This document shows positions 9,724 to 19,126 of a stretch of DNA of 64,000 nucleotides, piece after piece. The position numbers and the translations under genes were made by a program. Within the stretch, counting starts at the first letter, position 1; each line of letters opens with the position of its first letter. The notes under the pieces were generated by a model. The model had not been told where the DNA came from. It worked only from the letters and a program-made list of their open reading frames with translations, and did no database searches. The stretch is from Deltaproteobacteria bacterium (GTDB taxonomy: Bacteria > Lernaellota > Lernaellaia > JACKCT01): positions 49,729 through 113,728 of the forward strand of contig JADLEX010000125.1 in NCBI GenBank assembly GCA_020845895.1, given 5' to 3'.

Positions 9724-10860
9724 CTAGAGGTTCAGGACGTAATGGCCTCCGGGCCGCGCCCGGATCGCACCGCGCAGTTCCAATTCCAGCAGGATGGTCA
9801 GCAGACGCTGCGCGGGAAGGCCCGTCGCTCCGGCGAGATCGTCGATGTGCCGGGGCTCCAAAGAGAGGGCTTCTAACACACAAGCGGGTTCCCCTGTCAA
9901 GCCGAATGAGCGCTTATGATGTTCCGCATCGATCCGGGGAGGGGTCGGAACGCGCTCGCGGCGCGCGAATTCGGGCAGGATCTGCGCGATCACGTCCATC
10001 GCTTCGGTGACGGGCGGCGCACCGTCGCGGATGAGCGCGTTGGTGCCCCGCGACGCGGGCGAGTCGATGGGGCCGGGCAGGGCGAAAACGGGTTTTCCCT
10101 GTCGGTTCGCGTAATCGACCGTGTGTAAGGTGCCCGATTTCTCACCGGCTTCGATCACCACCACGCCCATGGAGAGGCCCGAGATCAACCGGTTGCGTCG
10201 GGGAAAGTTCTGCGGAAAGGACTGCATGCCCGGAAAAAACTCCGTCATCACCGCGCCGCGCCCGTCGGCGATCATCCGCGCGAGCCCGGCGTTGGAGCGC
10301 GGCGTGATGTTGTCGATGCCCGATCCCAGCACGGCCAGCGTGCGTCCATCCGGCGCGGCGAGCGCGCCTTCGTGGCAGGCGGTGTCGATGCCGAGCGCGA
10401 GACCCGACACCACGGCGAGCGACGCCCCCGCGAACTCGCGGGCGAGGGATCGGGCCGTGCGCAAGCCGTAGTCCGTGGGGTTTCGCGTGCCGACCATGGC
10501 GACGGCCAGATGATCCTCGCCCTGCCATTCGCCGAGCACATAAAGCAGGAGCGGGGCGTCATCGAGCGCGCGCAGGGGAGTGGGGTAGTCGTCGTCGTCG
10601 ATCGAAATCACCCGCGCGCCGATGGCCGCGAGCGTGGACTTCGCCGCCGCGACGCGGTCCCACTCGTCGAAACCCACGATCGCCCGGGCCGCGCCGGCGG
10701 GTGCACCCGCCTCGACGAGCAGATCGACGGGCTGGCCAAAGACGTGCTCGGCGGAACCGAACGCCGCGATCAGCCGCCGCGCCGTGACCGGCCCCACGCC
10801 CTTTGCGTCGAGCGCCGAGAGCGCGAGTCGGTGGTCATTGGCGGCGTTCGGTGCGGGCAT
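9724..10860 (-). CDS. dprA: DNA processing protein DprA (Smf)
   Basis: The VGTRNPTDYGL...GIDTACHEGAL...SGTLHTV Rossmann-like DprA core. The gene order dprA-topA-trmFO is conserved in many bacteria. Confidence 0.85.
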   Translation of the reverse strand: MPAPNAANDHRLALSALDAKGVGPVTARRLIAAFGSAEHVFGQPVDLLVEAGAPAGAARAIVGFDEWDRVAAAKSTLAAIGARVISIDDDDYPTPLRALDDAPLLLYVLGEWQGEDHLAVAMVGTRNPTDYGLRTARSLAREFAGASLAVVSGLALGIDTACHEGALAAPDGRTLAVLGSGIDNITPRSNAGLARMIADGRGAVMTEFFPGMQSFPQNFPRRNRLISGLSMGVVVIEAGEKSGTLHTVDYANRQGKPVFALPGPIDSPASRGTNALIRDGAPPVTEAMDVIAQILPEFARRERVPTPPRIDAEHHKRSFGLTGEPACVLEALSLEPRHIDDLAGATGLPAQRLLTILLELELRGAIRARPGGHYVLNL

Positions 10861-10882
10861 GGCTGGATTCTACTTCATTCGA

Positions 10883-11134
10883 TCAAACGTCCGGTTTCCA
10901 GCTTTGGGACCAGTCGATATGCGCCAATTCCTCTGGGTCCCCCTTGACTACGCCGTCGCGGCGCGTCCATTCGATCACCTTTTTTGATGGGCTTTCGGGA
11001 CCGCCTGACTGATCCGCGACCATGATCTTCAGTCGCCTGCCTTTACGACGAATTTCGATCGGCTCGCCGGTCGCAGCGACTTGGTCGAGGAGTTCATCGA
11101 GATGGCTGAGCAAGAACTTCACGCTGCATTTCAT
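10883..11134 (-). CDS. Phd/YefM-like type II antitoxin (orphan, low-GC gene)
   Basis: The pattern KFLLSHLDELLDQVAATGEPIEIRRKGRRLKIMV matches the Phd/YefM consensus (..LS.LL..V..GE.v.Itr.Gk..avlv). Local GC is visibly lower than the surroundings. No toxin gene is adjacent. Confidence 0.45.
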   Translation of the reverse strand: MKCSVKFLLSHLDELLDQVAATGEPIEIRRKGRRLKIMVADQSGGPESPSKKVIEWTRRDGVVKGDPEELAHIDWSQSWKPDV

Positions 11135-11157
11135 CGAAAACACCCCGTTTCATGTCA

Positions 11158-12870
11158 TCACTTCCCGTACGGCGCGGGGAGGATCGGGGGGCGCTTCGGC
11201 GGCGACGACGTGCGCTGGAGTTCGATCTCGCCGACGAGCGCCGCGGGCGCGGCCGCCGCAACGGGAATGAAGCCCGACTCCGCGCCGCAGAATCCGTTAA
11301 AGACGCCGGGTTGGTCGTCGGTCATCAGGATCTTCGAGATTGACACCAGCGGCGTTCCCACCAGCGACGCCCCGCGCACCAGCGTCTCGGCGCCCGTGTC
11401 GGGGTCGACCTTGTAGATCAGCGTCGGCACGTTCATGAACGCCTGGAAGTTCACGCGGCCCGTCATCGTCTCGCCGCCGCGCGAATTCTTGAGGATCAGG
11501 CCGTAGGGTTTGCCTTGGCGTTTCGTCTCTCGCATCAGAGCCTTCTTGAGCGCCTCGGGCGAAACCGTTTTGCGCGACGTGACGATCAGGTTCGCCATGC
11601 GCCCCATCGGGTCGAGCTTGCCGTCTCCGCGTCCGTGGCCGTTGCTGGTCCCGAAACCCGGAATCGGCGCGCGGGAGAGCAGAAAGTTTCGCAGCACGCC
11701 GCTTTCGATCAGCGTCACGCGCCGCGCGGGTACGCCCTCGGTGTCGAAGCGGTAGAATCCATTCAGGTCATCGCCCGCGAATCGGTCCATCGTCGGATCG
11801 TCGTGCACGTCGATGAATGACGGAAGGATCGCCGCGCCGACCTTGCCCTTAAAGGTCTGGCCCTCCTGCGTGTCGCGCATGCGCTCGCCTTCGAGGCGGT
11901 GGCCGACGGCCTCGTGAAAAAACACGCCGGTCGTCTGCGCGTCGAGGATCGCCGGCGCGGAAATCGGATCGATGACCTCGGCTTTACACAGCGCGACGAG
12001 GTCCTCGACCATCCGGTCCGCGGCCTTGCGCAGCTCGTCCTTCGCGGGAAGGCCCGCCTTCGACGAGGCATAACGCTGGAAGTGATTCTGCAATTGCATG
12101 CCATCATCGGCGTAACCGGTCGCGCGGGCGTAAAAAGAAAGCAGCCCGTCGGTTTCGACGATCCGCGCGCCCTCGGTGTTGACGTAATATCGGGTCTCCA
12201 CCTCGAGCGCGACGCGCACCTGCCCCTCGACGACCTCGGGCACCGCGTTCATGCGCTTCGTGAGTTCACGGGCAAAATCGGCCCACTCGGCGCGGTCGAA
12301 GGGGATCTCGAGGCTTTCGCTTTCGAAGACCTGCGGCTCCTCGCGAGAAAAATCGTCGAAGCCTTCCTTCTCTTTTTCGGTTTTCGAATAGACCGTCTTG
12401 CCCTTCTTGCCGAGGTACTGCGTGAGCGCGTTCTTGTAGGCCTGATCCGCCGCGAGCCAGAGCTGCGAACGCAGCGCGTCGGCGTCGGGCTCGATCGGCC
12501 CTCCGAAGGTTCGGTTTTCGGTATTCGCGGCGACGTCCATCTGGAACCCGCCGTTGCCCGACGAATCGAAGTGATAGTCGCCCACGCGCGACTCGACATA
12601 GATCGACCGATTGCGCAGCTCGTAATCGTCAAAGAGCGCGCCGGAACGCGCGTTGAGCACCCATCCCGTCGAGGTGGTGTAGAGGAACGAGGTGAAGTAC
12701 GCCGGATCGAACCCTTCCATCTTCAGCGTGCGCGTGCGTTCGAGTTCGGCGACGAGCGCGTCCATGACGGGTTTGCGCAGCGAAGGATCGTCACCAATCG
12801 CCCACGCGCCGGTGACGCGGATGAGCAGCAATGCGGCGAACAAAAACGCGACCAGACGCACTCGAATCAT
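11158..12870 (-). CDS. TldD/PmbA family metallopeptidase with signal peptide
   Basis: HEAVGHRLEG motif, a signal peptide MIRVRLVAFLFAALLLIRVTGAWA, and a Gly-rich C-terminal region typical of TldD. Confidence 0.75.
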   Translation of the reverse strand: MIRVRLVAFLFAALLLIRVTGAWAIGDDPSLRKPVMDALVAELERTRTLKMEGFDPAYFTSFLYTTSTGWVLNARSGALFDDYELRNRSIYVESRVGDYHFDSSGNGGFQMDVAANTENRTFGGPIEPDADALRSQLWLAADQAYKNALTQYLGKKGKTVYSKTEKEKEGFDDFSREEPQVFESESLEIPFDRAEWADFARELTKRMNAVPEVVEGQVRVALEVETRYYVNTEGARIVETDGLLSFYARATGYADDGMQLQNHFQRYASSKAGLPAKDELRKAADRMVEDLVALCKAEVIDPISAPAILDAQTTGVFFHEAVGHRLEGERMRDTQEGQTFKGKVGAAILPSFIDVHDDPTMDRFAGDDLNGFYRFDTEGVPARRVTLIESGVLRNFLLSRAPIPGFGTSNGHGRGDGKLDPMGRMANLIVTSRKTVSPEALKKALMRETKRQGKPYGLILKNSRGGETMTGRVNFQAFMNVPTLIYKVDPDTGAETLVRGASLVGTPLVSISKILMTDDQPGVFNGFCGAESGFIPVAAAAPAALVGEIELQRTSSPPKRPPILPAPYGK

Positions 12871-12968
12871 GAAACACTCCCGGCGCAAGCGCGCCGCATA
12901 GATGGCGGAAGGGTGAACCTTATCCGATTTCCCGATACGTCGAAAGATCCGCGAGGCGGGCGCGGCCC

Positions 12969-13745
12969 TCAGTTCTTCGGCGCTTTCGCCGCATCGACGC
13001 GCGCGATGGCCTGCTTCGCAATCTCGACCTCGCGCACACGCTGGGGCATTTCCTCGACGAGGCGTTGATAGATCTCCTTCGCCTCGGGGTAGCGGGCGAG
13101 CTCCTCGAGATACGCGCCGTAACGCAAAAACGTCTGGGCGCTCTCGGCGTTGTAGGGCTTGGCGTCAACTGCCGCGCGATACCACGTCATGGCCTTTTGC
13201 GCGTCGTTTTTTTGGAAGCGATAGGTCGCCGCGAGCGTGAGCATGGCTTTGCGCCCAGCGGACGTTTCGGGTTCGTCGGTCGCGAGTTTTTCGAGCGTTT
13301 CGATTCCCGCATCCAGATCGCCTGACGCGAGCGACTTGCGACCATCCTCGAGCGCGCGACGCATGTCGCGCTCGACGTCCTGCGTCTCGGGGTCACTGCT
13401 CGGCAGCGCGACCGAGGTGTTCGAGTCCGCCGGCAGCTCGCCGGGATCGAACGGAGGAAACAGCCGCGTCCAGATCGCGTGTACGAGCCACACGGCGAGG
13501 AGGATCACAACGAGACGCTTGATCTGACGCAGCAGCCACAGCGTGGGATTGTGCTGCGGGGGTGCGGGAAGCTCCGGGATGGGAATCGCGCCACCGGGGT
13601 TCGGCTCGCCGGACTCCTCGGCGCGAAGCTCGGCCTCCACCTGACGCAGCACCGTGGGGTCGTAGATGTCGGTTCGCGGACGTGGCGGCAGCGCACCGCC
13701 CGCCTGTCCGTTTGATCCGCCTTTTGTCTTCGCGTCGTCCGCCAT
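12969..13745 (-). CDS. TPR-repeat membrane protein
   Basis: Pro-rich N-terminus, one TM helix, and C-terminal TPR-like repeats (AMTWYRAAVDAKPYN..., EIYQRLVEEMPQ). Confidence 0.55.
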   Translation of the reverse strand: MADDAKTKGGSNGQAGGALPPRPRTDIYDPTVLRQVEAELRAEESGEPNPGGAIPIPELPAPPQHNPTLWLLRQIKRLVVILLAVWLVHAIWTRLFPPFDPGELPADSNTSVALPSSDPETQDVERDMRRALEDGRKSLASGDLDAGIETLEKLATDEPETSAGRKAMLTLAATYRFQKNDAQKAMTWYRAAVDAKPYNAESAQTFLRYGAYLEELARYPEAKEIYQRLVEEMPQRVREVEIAKQAIARVDAAKAPKN

Positions 13746-13988
13746 GGGAAACAGTTTCCGTAACCCGGGTGCGGGGTGTCAAGGAGCGCCGTTTCATGCG
13801 GGAGGAGCCGATCATGACGGAATCCGCGAAGCGGATGCCGATGACGAAAGGGTGTCCTGCTCCGCACGGCCTGTTATAGTGAACTCCACGACTATCCTGG
13901 GGGGATGGACAAACCGGCGTCGAACGGTTGAAGCGAAGCGCGCTCATGGGAGCTTTCGACCAAACCGCGACGCGGAAGGGAGGACGCC

Positions 13989-15833
13989 ATGGCTGTCAAC
14001 GGCGAGGTCCAATTTCGCGGCGGCCCGCGCGCGCACGCGTCCATCAACGATGATGTGTGGGCGTCGCGTTACAACGAAGCGGTCTTTCGACGCGAAGTCG
14101 ACCGGATGCTGTCGCGCATCCACCGCTGCCCGACGCTGGAACTGGCACGGGAGCAGTTGCTTCGGTACGTGACGATCGCCGAACTCTACGCGTCCCACGA
14201 CCCCCGGTTGATTCAATCCGATCAGGGCGTCCGCATTCGCGACTGCGCGCGGTGTTGGCGCGGTATTTTGAGTTACCGCTCGGATCAGAAGACGGGCTTC
14301 AGCGTGACGCAGGCCCTGCTCGACCTCGCCAATGGTGTGGACCGGCCCGACCTCACGACAGGGTTCTACGCCGAGATGATTCACCTGGTGCAGGGCCTCG
14401 AAGGCCGCGCGCCGGTGGGGGAAGCGGACGAGTTCGATCTTGACGAAACGCTGCAGGGACGCGAGGCGGCGACGGTCCGGTCCCATCAGCTCGACGTCAT
14501 CTGGACCCGGACCCAGGAGTGCATGGATCGCTATCCGCACGGGCTGGACGACGAAGTCCGACAGCGACGCCGAAGGCGGCGGAAAGAGATTCTGAATGCA
14601 CTGGGCGGAACGGCGAAGGACTGGCGGGACTGGCGCTGGCACGCGCGAAACATCGTTCGCGACGCGCCCCGGCTGAAGTCGCTGATCGATGTGCCCGAAG
14701 CGGCCCTTCGAGACATCGACTCCGCGCGACGCGGTCGACTGCCCTTCGGCGTCACGCCCTTCTATCTCTCGCTCATGGACGATGCGGGGTACGACGCGGC
14801 GCTGCGGGCGCAGGTGTTTCCCTCGCGCCGGTACGTGGACGAGATGCTGGCGCATCGGGGCGAGCGGTCGCGGGCGATGGATTTCATGATGGAACATGAA
14901 ACATCCCCCGTCGATTTCGTCACGCGGCGATACCCCTCGGTGGCCATCCTCAAACCCGTGAACACGTGCCCGCAGATCTGCGTGTATTGCCAACGAAACT
15001 GGGAGATCGAGGACGCCATGGCGCCCGGCGCGACGGCTCCCGCCGCGAAAATGGAAGCGGCGATTCGCTGGATCGGCAAGCACCCGGCGATTCGCGAGGT
15101 GCTGGTCACGGGCGGCGATCCGCTGGCGCTCGGAGATGAGCGGCTCTTCGGGTTGCTGGAGCGTCTCGCGGCCATACCGTCGATCGAACGCATTCGCATC
15201 GGAACGCGGATGATCGTGACCGTGCCGATGCGCGTCACCGAGGCATTCGCGCGGCGGATCGGCGCGCTGCGCAAGCCGGGCGTTCGCGAGATCGCCCTCG
15301 TCACGCACGTCGAACACCCCTACGAGGTGAACGACGACATGGTCGCCGCCGTCGATCGCCTGCGCCGGCGGGGCATCGCGGTGTACAACCAATTGGTGTT
15401 CACGTTCTTCAACTCGAGGCGGTTCGAATCGGCAGCCCTTCGGCGTGTGCTGCGCAGGATCGGCATCGACCCGTATTACGTCTTCAACATGAAGGGCAAG
15501 GAGGAGACCGACGACTTTCGGGTCCCCATCGCGCGCCTCATGCAGGAACTCAAGGAAGAAGCGAGGCTGCTGCCAGGCCTCGAACGCACGGACGAAGCGG
15601 TCTACAACCTGCCGAGGCTGGGAAAGAACTATCTCCGGGCCGTCCAGCACCGCGATGTGCTGACGATCCGGCCCGACGGATCGCGGGTGTACGAATTCCA
15701 CCCGTGGGAGAAAAACATTGTGCGTCGCGAAGCGTGGGTTGGCCCGGACGTGCCGATCCTGGCCTATCTCCGGCGGCTCGAGGCGATCGGCGAATCGCCG
15801 GAGGACTACTCGAGTATCTGGTATTATTTCTAA
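13989..15833 (+). CDS. KamA family radical SAM aminomutase (lysine/glutamate 2,3-aminomutase-like) with ~200-aa N-terminal extension
   Basis: CPQICVYCQR (CxxxCxxC) cluster. The KamA-type segment WRDWRWHARN...LIDVPEAAL...PFGVTPFYLSLMD and the GGDPL motif are present. An extra N-terminal region of about 200 aa has no recognisable family. Confidence 0.8.
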   Translation: MAVNGEVQFRGGPRAHASINDDVWASRYNEAVFRREVDRMLSRIHRCPTLELAREQLLRYVTIAELYASHDPRLIQSDQGVRIRDCARCWRGILSYRSDQKTGFSVTQALLDLANGVDRPDLTTGFYAEMIHLVQGLEGRAPVGEADEFDLDETLQGREAATVRSHQLDVIWTRTQECMDRYPHGLDDEVRQRRRRRRKEILNALGGTAKDWRDWRWHARNIVRDAPRLKSLIDVPEAALRDIDSARRGRLPFGVTPFYLSLMDDAGYDAALRAQVFPSRRYVDEMLAHRGERSRAMDFMMEHETSPVDFVTRRYPSVAILKPVNTCPQICVYCQRNWEIEDAMAPGATAPAAKMEAAIRWIGKHPAIREVLVTGGDPLALGDERLFGLLERLAAIPSIERIRIGTRMIVTVPMRVTEAFARRIGALRKPGVREIALVTHVEHPYEVNDDMVAAVDRLRRRGIAVYNQLVFTFFNSRRFESAALRRVLRRIGIDPYYVFNMKGKEETDDFRVPIARLMQELKEEARLLPGLERTDEAVYNLPRLGKNYLRAVQHRDVLTIRPDGSRVYEFHPWEKNIVRREAWVGPDVPILAYLRRLEAIGESPEDYSSIWYYF

Positions 15834-15855
15834 CGGCGATCGAAACGGGCTTCTC

Positions 15856-17148
15856 ATGAGAAGGAACGGCGGGCTGGTTTCCCTGAATCTGAGCGTCCGC
15901 GACCTCGCCCCCTCGGCGACGGTCGCCATCAACGACATTTCCAACGAGTTGATCCGCGGCGGTCGCGTCGTCTACAAGCTGGGGCTGGGACAGTCACCGT
16001 TTCCCGTCCCGGCGTCGGTGGTTGAGGCGCTGCGCGCGAACGCCCACCACAAGGACTATCTGCCGAGCCAGGGGCTCCCGGCGCTGCGCGAGGCCGTCGC
16101 GCGTTTTCATCAGAAGAACGACAACGTCGCCGTGCATCCCGATGACGTCCTGATCGGTCCCGGCTCCAAGCTTCTGCTGTTCCTGCTTCAACTCGCGTAC
16201 TACGGAGACCTCGTGGTTCCGACGCCGTGCTGGGTGTCGTACGCGCCGCAGGCGCAGATTCTGGGTCGCCCGGTGCATTTTCTGCCGACGAATTTCGAGG
16301 GGAAGTGGCGGCTGCGTCCGGAGGTGCTGGAGGAGCTATGCCAGCTCGATCCTGGCCGACCGCGCATCGTGATCCTCAACTATCCCGGCAATCCCGACGG
16401 GACGACGTACAGGCCGACGACCCTCAAGCGCATCGCCGAGGTCGCACGGCGGCACCGCGTGATCGTGCTCTCCGACGAGATCTACGGCAAGCTGCACCAC
16501 GAGGGGCGCCACGTCTCCATCGCGCAGTTCTATCCCGAGGGAACGATCATCAGCTCGGGTCTGTCCAAGTGGTGCGGCGCGGGGGGATGGCGGCTCGGTA
16601 CGTTCAGCTTCCCGCCGACGTTGAAGCGCTTGATGGAGACGATGGTGTCGCTCGCCTCCGAAACCTACACGGCGGTCAGCGCGCCGACGCAGCACGCGGC
16701 GATCCGCGCATTCGACGGCGGAACCGACATCGAGATGTATCTCGTGCACGCGCGGCGGATTCTGTCGGCGCTCGGAAACTGGATCGCGGGGCGTCTTCGC
16801 GATTCCGGCGTCCGCGTCGTATCGCCGGAGGGGGGATTCTACCTCTTTCCGGATTTCAGCTCGCACGCCGAGCGATTGAGCGCACGCGGCATCACCACGT
16901 CGGCGATGATGTGCGCGCGGATTCTGGCCGAGACGGGCGTGGCGTTTCTGCCCGGCGTGGAATTCGGACGCCCGGCGAACGAATTGACGGCTCGAATCTC
17001 CTATGTCGATTTCGACGGCGCGCGCGCCCTCGCCGCCGGTGAAACGACCGGGCTCGACAAGCCCCTCGACGAGGAATTCATCGCCACCTACTGCCACCGG
17101 ACCTATACGGCCACCAAGCGTCTGTGCGAGTGGCTCGGCGCGCTGTGA
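15856..17148 (+). CDS. PLP-dependent aminotransferase class I/II
   Basis: SGLSKWCGAGGWRLG Lys-pyridoxal motif and overall aspartate/aromatic-aminotransferase-like layout. Confidence 0.8.
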   Translation: MRRNGGLVSLNLSVRDLAPSATVAINDISNELIRGGRVVYKLGLGQSPFPVPASVVEALRANAHHKDYLPSQGLPALREAVARFHQKNDNVAVHPDDVLIGPGSKLLLFLLQLAYYGDLVVPTPCWVSYAPQAQILGRPVHFLPTNFEGKWRLRPEVLEELCQLDPGRPRIVILNYPGNPDGTTYRPTTLKRIAEVARRHRVIVLSDEIYGKLHHEGRHVSIAQFYPEGTIISSGLSKWCGAGGWRLGTFSFPPTLKRLMETMVSLASETYTAVSAPTQHAAIRAFDGGTDIEMYLVHARRILSALGNWIAGRLRDSGVRVVSPEGGFYLFPDFSSHAERLSARGITTSAMMCARILAETGVAFLPGVEFGRPANELTARISYVDFDGARALAAGETTGLDKPLDEEFIATYCHRTYTATKRLCEWLGAL

Positions 17149-17216
17149 ATAGCCGGTCGGCACGGGTTGTCACAAAGACGCGACAGCGGACAACGGGTGT
17201 TCGCCCTTGGGGAGTA

Positions 17217-17247
17217 GCGAAATCGGGGACCGATTCCCCGATTTCGC
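17217..17247. terminator. Perfect 13-bp stem hairpin (GCGAAATCGGGGA/CCGAT/TCCCCGATTTCGC) between convergent genes; candidate bidirectional terminator
   Basis: The inverted repeat was read directly from the sequence. No clear U-tract is present, which is common in high-GC organisms. Confidence 0.4.
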
Positions 17248-17260
17248 GGTCGAGTGCCGT

Positions 17261-17653
17261 CTACTGGACCTGGAATTCCGTAACTTCGATCGTGGATTCG
17301 GCACGATAGAGTTTTCCTTTGATCTCCACCTTCTTCCCGTGGGTTTCTTCGCCTTTGAAAAGCGAAGCGCTGCCTTCGTTTTCAAGATAGTGCAGCGACA
17401 AACCGGCCAGATCGGCGATGGGTTTTCCGTCGCTGCCTTTTGCGCTCTCCACTTTCAGCACATGTCGGTGTCCGTAGATGCTGCATTGCGCGCCGGCGCC
17501 GGCGGTGGACTTCAGCGTGCATCCGAGACAGATGTTCTGCCCGACGACGGTGACCTCCTGCGGGCCGGTCCCGGCGGTAGCGGCGGTCGCCGCGACGACC
17601 GTTGTGAGAAGGAAGAGGACGACGAAACGGGCGAACCTCGATGAATGTTTCAC
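17261..17653 (-). CDS. Small secreted hypothetical protein
   Basis: Signal peptide MKHSSRFARFVVLFLLTTVVAATAATAG, and Cys pairs in the mature part. Confidence 0.45.
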   Translation of the reverse strand: MKHSSRFARFVVLFLLTTVVAATAATAGTGPQEVTVVGQNICLGCTLKSTAGAGAQCSIYGHRHVLKVESAKGSDGKPIADLAGLSLHYLENEGSASLFKGEETHGKKVEIKGKLYRAESTIEVTEFQVQ

Positions 17654-17861
17654 GAACAGTTTCCTCCGTCATGGGGTTTGCGAATCGCCGGGCCGATCAA
17701 AACGACCCGTCGGTTTTCGCTGTTGCATTTCGATACGCCGCACCCGTCGGAATCGTTCCCGACGTGAAGTCCAATGGAACGCGGTTTCGCCGTTTCGTCC
17801 TTGACCCTGCGGACGGGCGACGTGTAAAGTCAGTGCGTTCGCGCAGCGATTTCGCGGGAGT

Positions 17862-18455
17862 TTGCCCATTTTTCACACGTTCCGATGGTTCCGGCGGTGG
17901 CGTCCGGTCGCGGCTGTGTGCCTTGCCTTGATGATCGCCGCGCTTGCCGCGGCGCCGGGTGCGGCGCGCGCCGACGGCGGCAAAGTCGTCGCCGGGGCCG
18001 ATGCGGGGCTGGTGAAGATGCTCGCCTCGCAGAAGGACACCGACGAGATCGACGTTGACGCGGGGCTCGGCTACGGGGTGCGCATTGGCTACGGGCTCTC
18101 CGATTTCCTGACCTTCGAGTTCGGATTCATGCGCGCGCAGACCGAGGCGCAGATCGGCACGGAAAAACGCGTCGCGGTGACGAGCGATGAGGCGATTTTC
18201 GGGGTGAACTGGTCCGTGACGAACGCGACCTGGCGACCGCAGATTCTGACCGGCCTGACGTATCACATGGCGCGCTTCGACGCGCCGGTCGAGGACGAGA
18301 ACAGCTTCGGCCTGACCGCCGGGCTGGGTCTGATGGGCGTGATCGCGCCGTACCTGCACGCGGGGCTGCGCGGGCGCTACCACTACCAGTTCCCGGAGGA
18401 TCTGGAGACCGTGAATCTGATGACGCTGATGATGGCCGTGGACGTGTGGTTTTGA
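17862..18455 (+). CDS. Outer-membrane beta-barrel protein (paralog 1 of 3)
   Basis: Signal peptide, alternating amphipathic beta-strand pattern, and a C-terminal ...VDVWF beta-signal ending in Phe. Confidence 0.6.
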   Translation: MPIFHTFRWFRRWRPVAAVCLALMIAALAAAPGAARADGGKVVAGADAGLVKMLASQKDTDEIDVDAGLGYGVRIGYGLSDFLTFEFGFMRAQTEAQIGTEKRVAVTSDEAIFGVNWSVTNATWRPQILTGLTYHMARFDAPVEDENSFGLTAGLGLMGVIAPYLHAGLRGRYHYQFPEDLETVNLMTLMMAVDVWF

Positions 18456-18506
18456 GATGGCCGTGGACGTGTGGTTTTGAGATGACCCTGGATGTGTGGT
18501 TTTAAG
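18432..18506 (+). repeat. 25-bp tandem repeat x3 (ATGGCCGTGGACGTGTGGTTTTGAG; third copy diverged) spanning OMP1 stop / OMP2 start
   Basis: Read directly. Each unit encodes M-A-V-D-V-W-F-stop, a duplicate of the OMP1 C-terminal beta-signal. Confidence 0.85.
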
Positions 18507-19121
18507 ATGATTGTTCGCCGCGCGCTGATCGCCGTGCTGATCGCCCTGCTGCCCGCCGTCGCGGCGGCCAAGGACTTCAAGTCGATGCCCGCGTTCGACA
18601 TCGGCGGGCGTTGGATCTTCGGCTATCAGACCGGGGCGAAGGAGGTCGTCATCCAGCCCGGCCTCGCCTACGGCGGCACGTTTACGCAGATCATCGACTT
18701 CTCATGGGCGCGCAACATGGCCTTCGAGGCGAACTATCTGCACAGCTTCAGCCACGGTGAAACCGAGTCCGAGGACGGCGGCGACGTCGCGGTCTTCGAC
18801 ATCACCATGGACAGCGGCTCGGCCAACATCGGCTACTTCTTCTCGGGACGAAAGCTCCTGCCCTACATCTCGACGGGGCTCGGCGTGGCGGTGCTCAAAT
18901 ACGAGCCCGAGGCCGCGGTGGACAAGGTCTGGGAGCAGGACGTGACGTTCAACATCGGCGGCGGCGCGGACTGGACGCTGTGGGAAGCGGCGAAGAGCGG
19001 CGCGCTCGACCGCATTCTGCTCGGCGCGCGGGTGCGTTACGAGTATATCGCCGTACAGCAGATCTTCGACGTCGGCATGAGCGCGCTCGCCATTACCGGC
19101 CGCTTCGAACTGCGGTTCTAG
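18507..19121 (+). CDS. Outer-membrane beta-barrel protein (paralog 2)
   Basis: Signal peptide MIVRRALIAVLIALLPAVAAA, and the protein ends ...GRFELRF. Confidence 0.6.
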   Translation: MIVRRALIAVLIALLPAVAAAKDFKSMPAFDIGGRWIFGYQTGAKEVVIQPGLAYGGTFTQIIDFSWARNMAFEANYLHSFSHGETESEDGGDVAVFDITMDSGSANIGYFFSGRKLLPYISTGLGVAVLKYEPEAAVDKVWEQDVTFNIGGGADWTLWEAAKSGALDRILLGARVRYEYIAVQQIFDVGMSALAITGRFELRF

Positions 19122-19126
19122 CCGAC

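Noticed and set aside
7227-10010. 927-aa plus-strand ORF
   Set aside because: It is antisense to topA and dprA, which have unmistakable motifs. Its composition is Arg/Gly/Ala-rich and artefactual.
13944-15944. 666-aa minus-strand ORF
   Set aside because: It is antisense to the KamA-family gene, which carries the CxxxCxxC motif.
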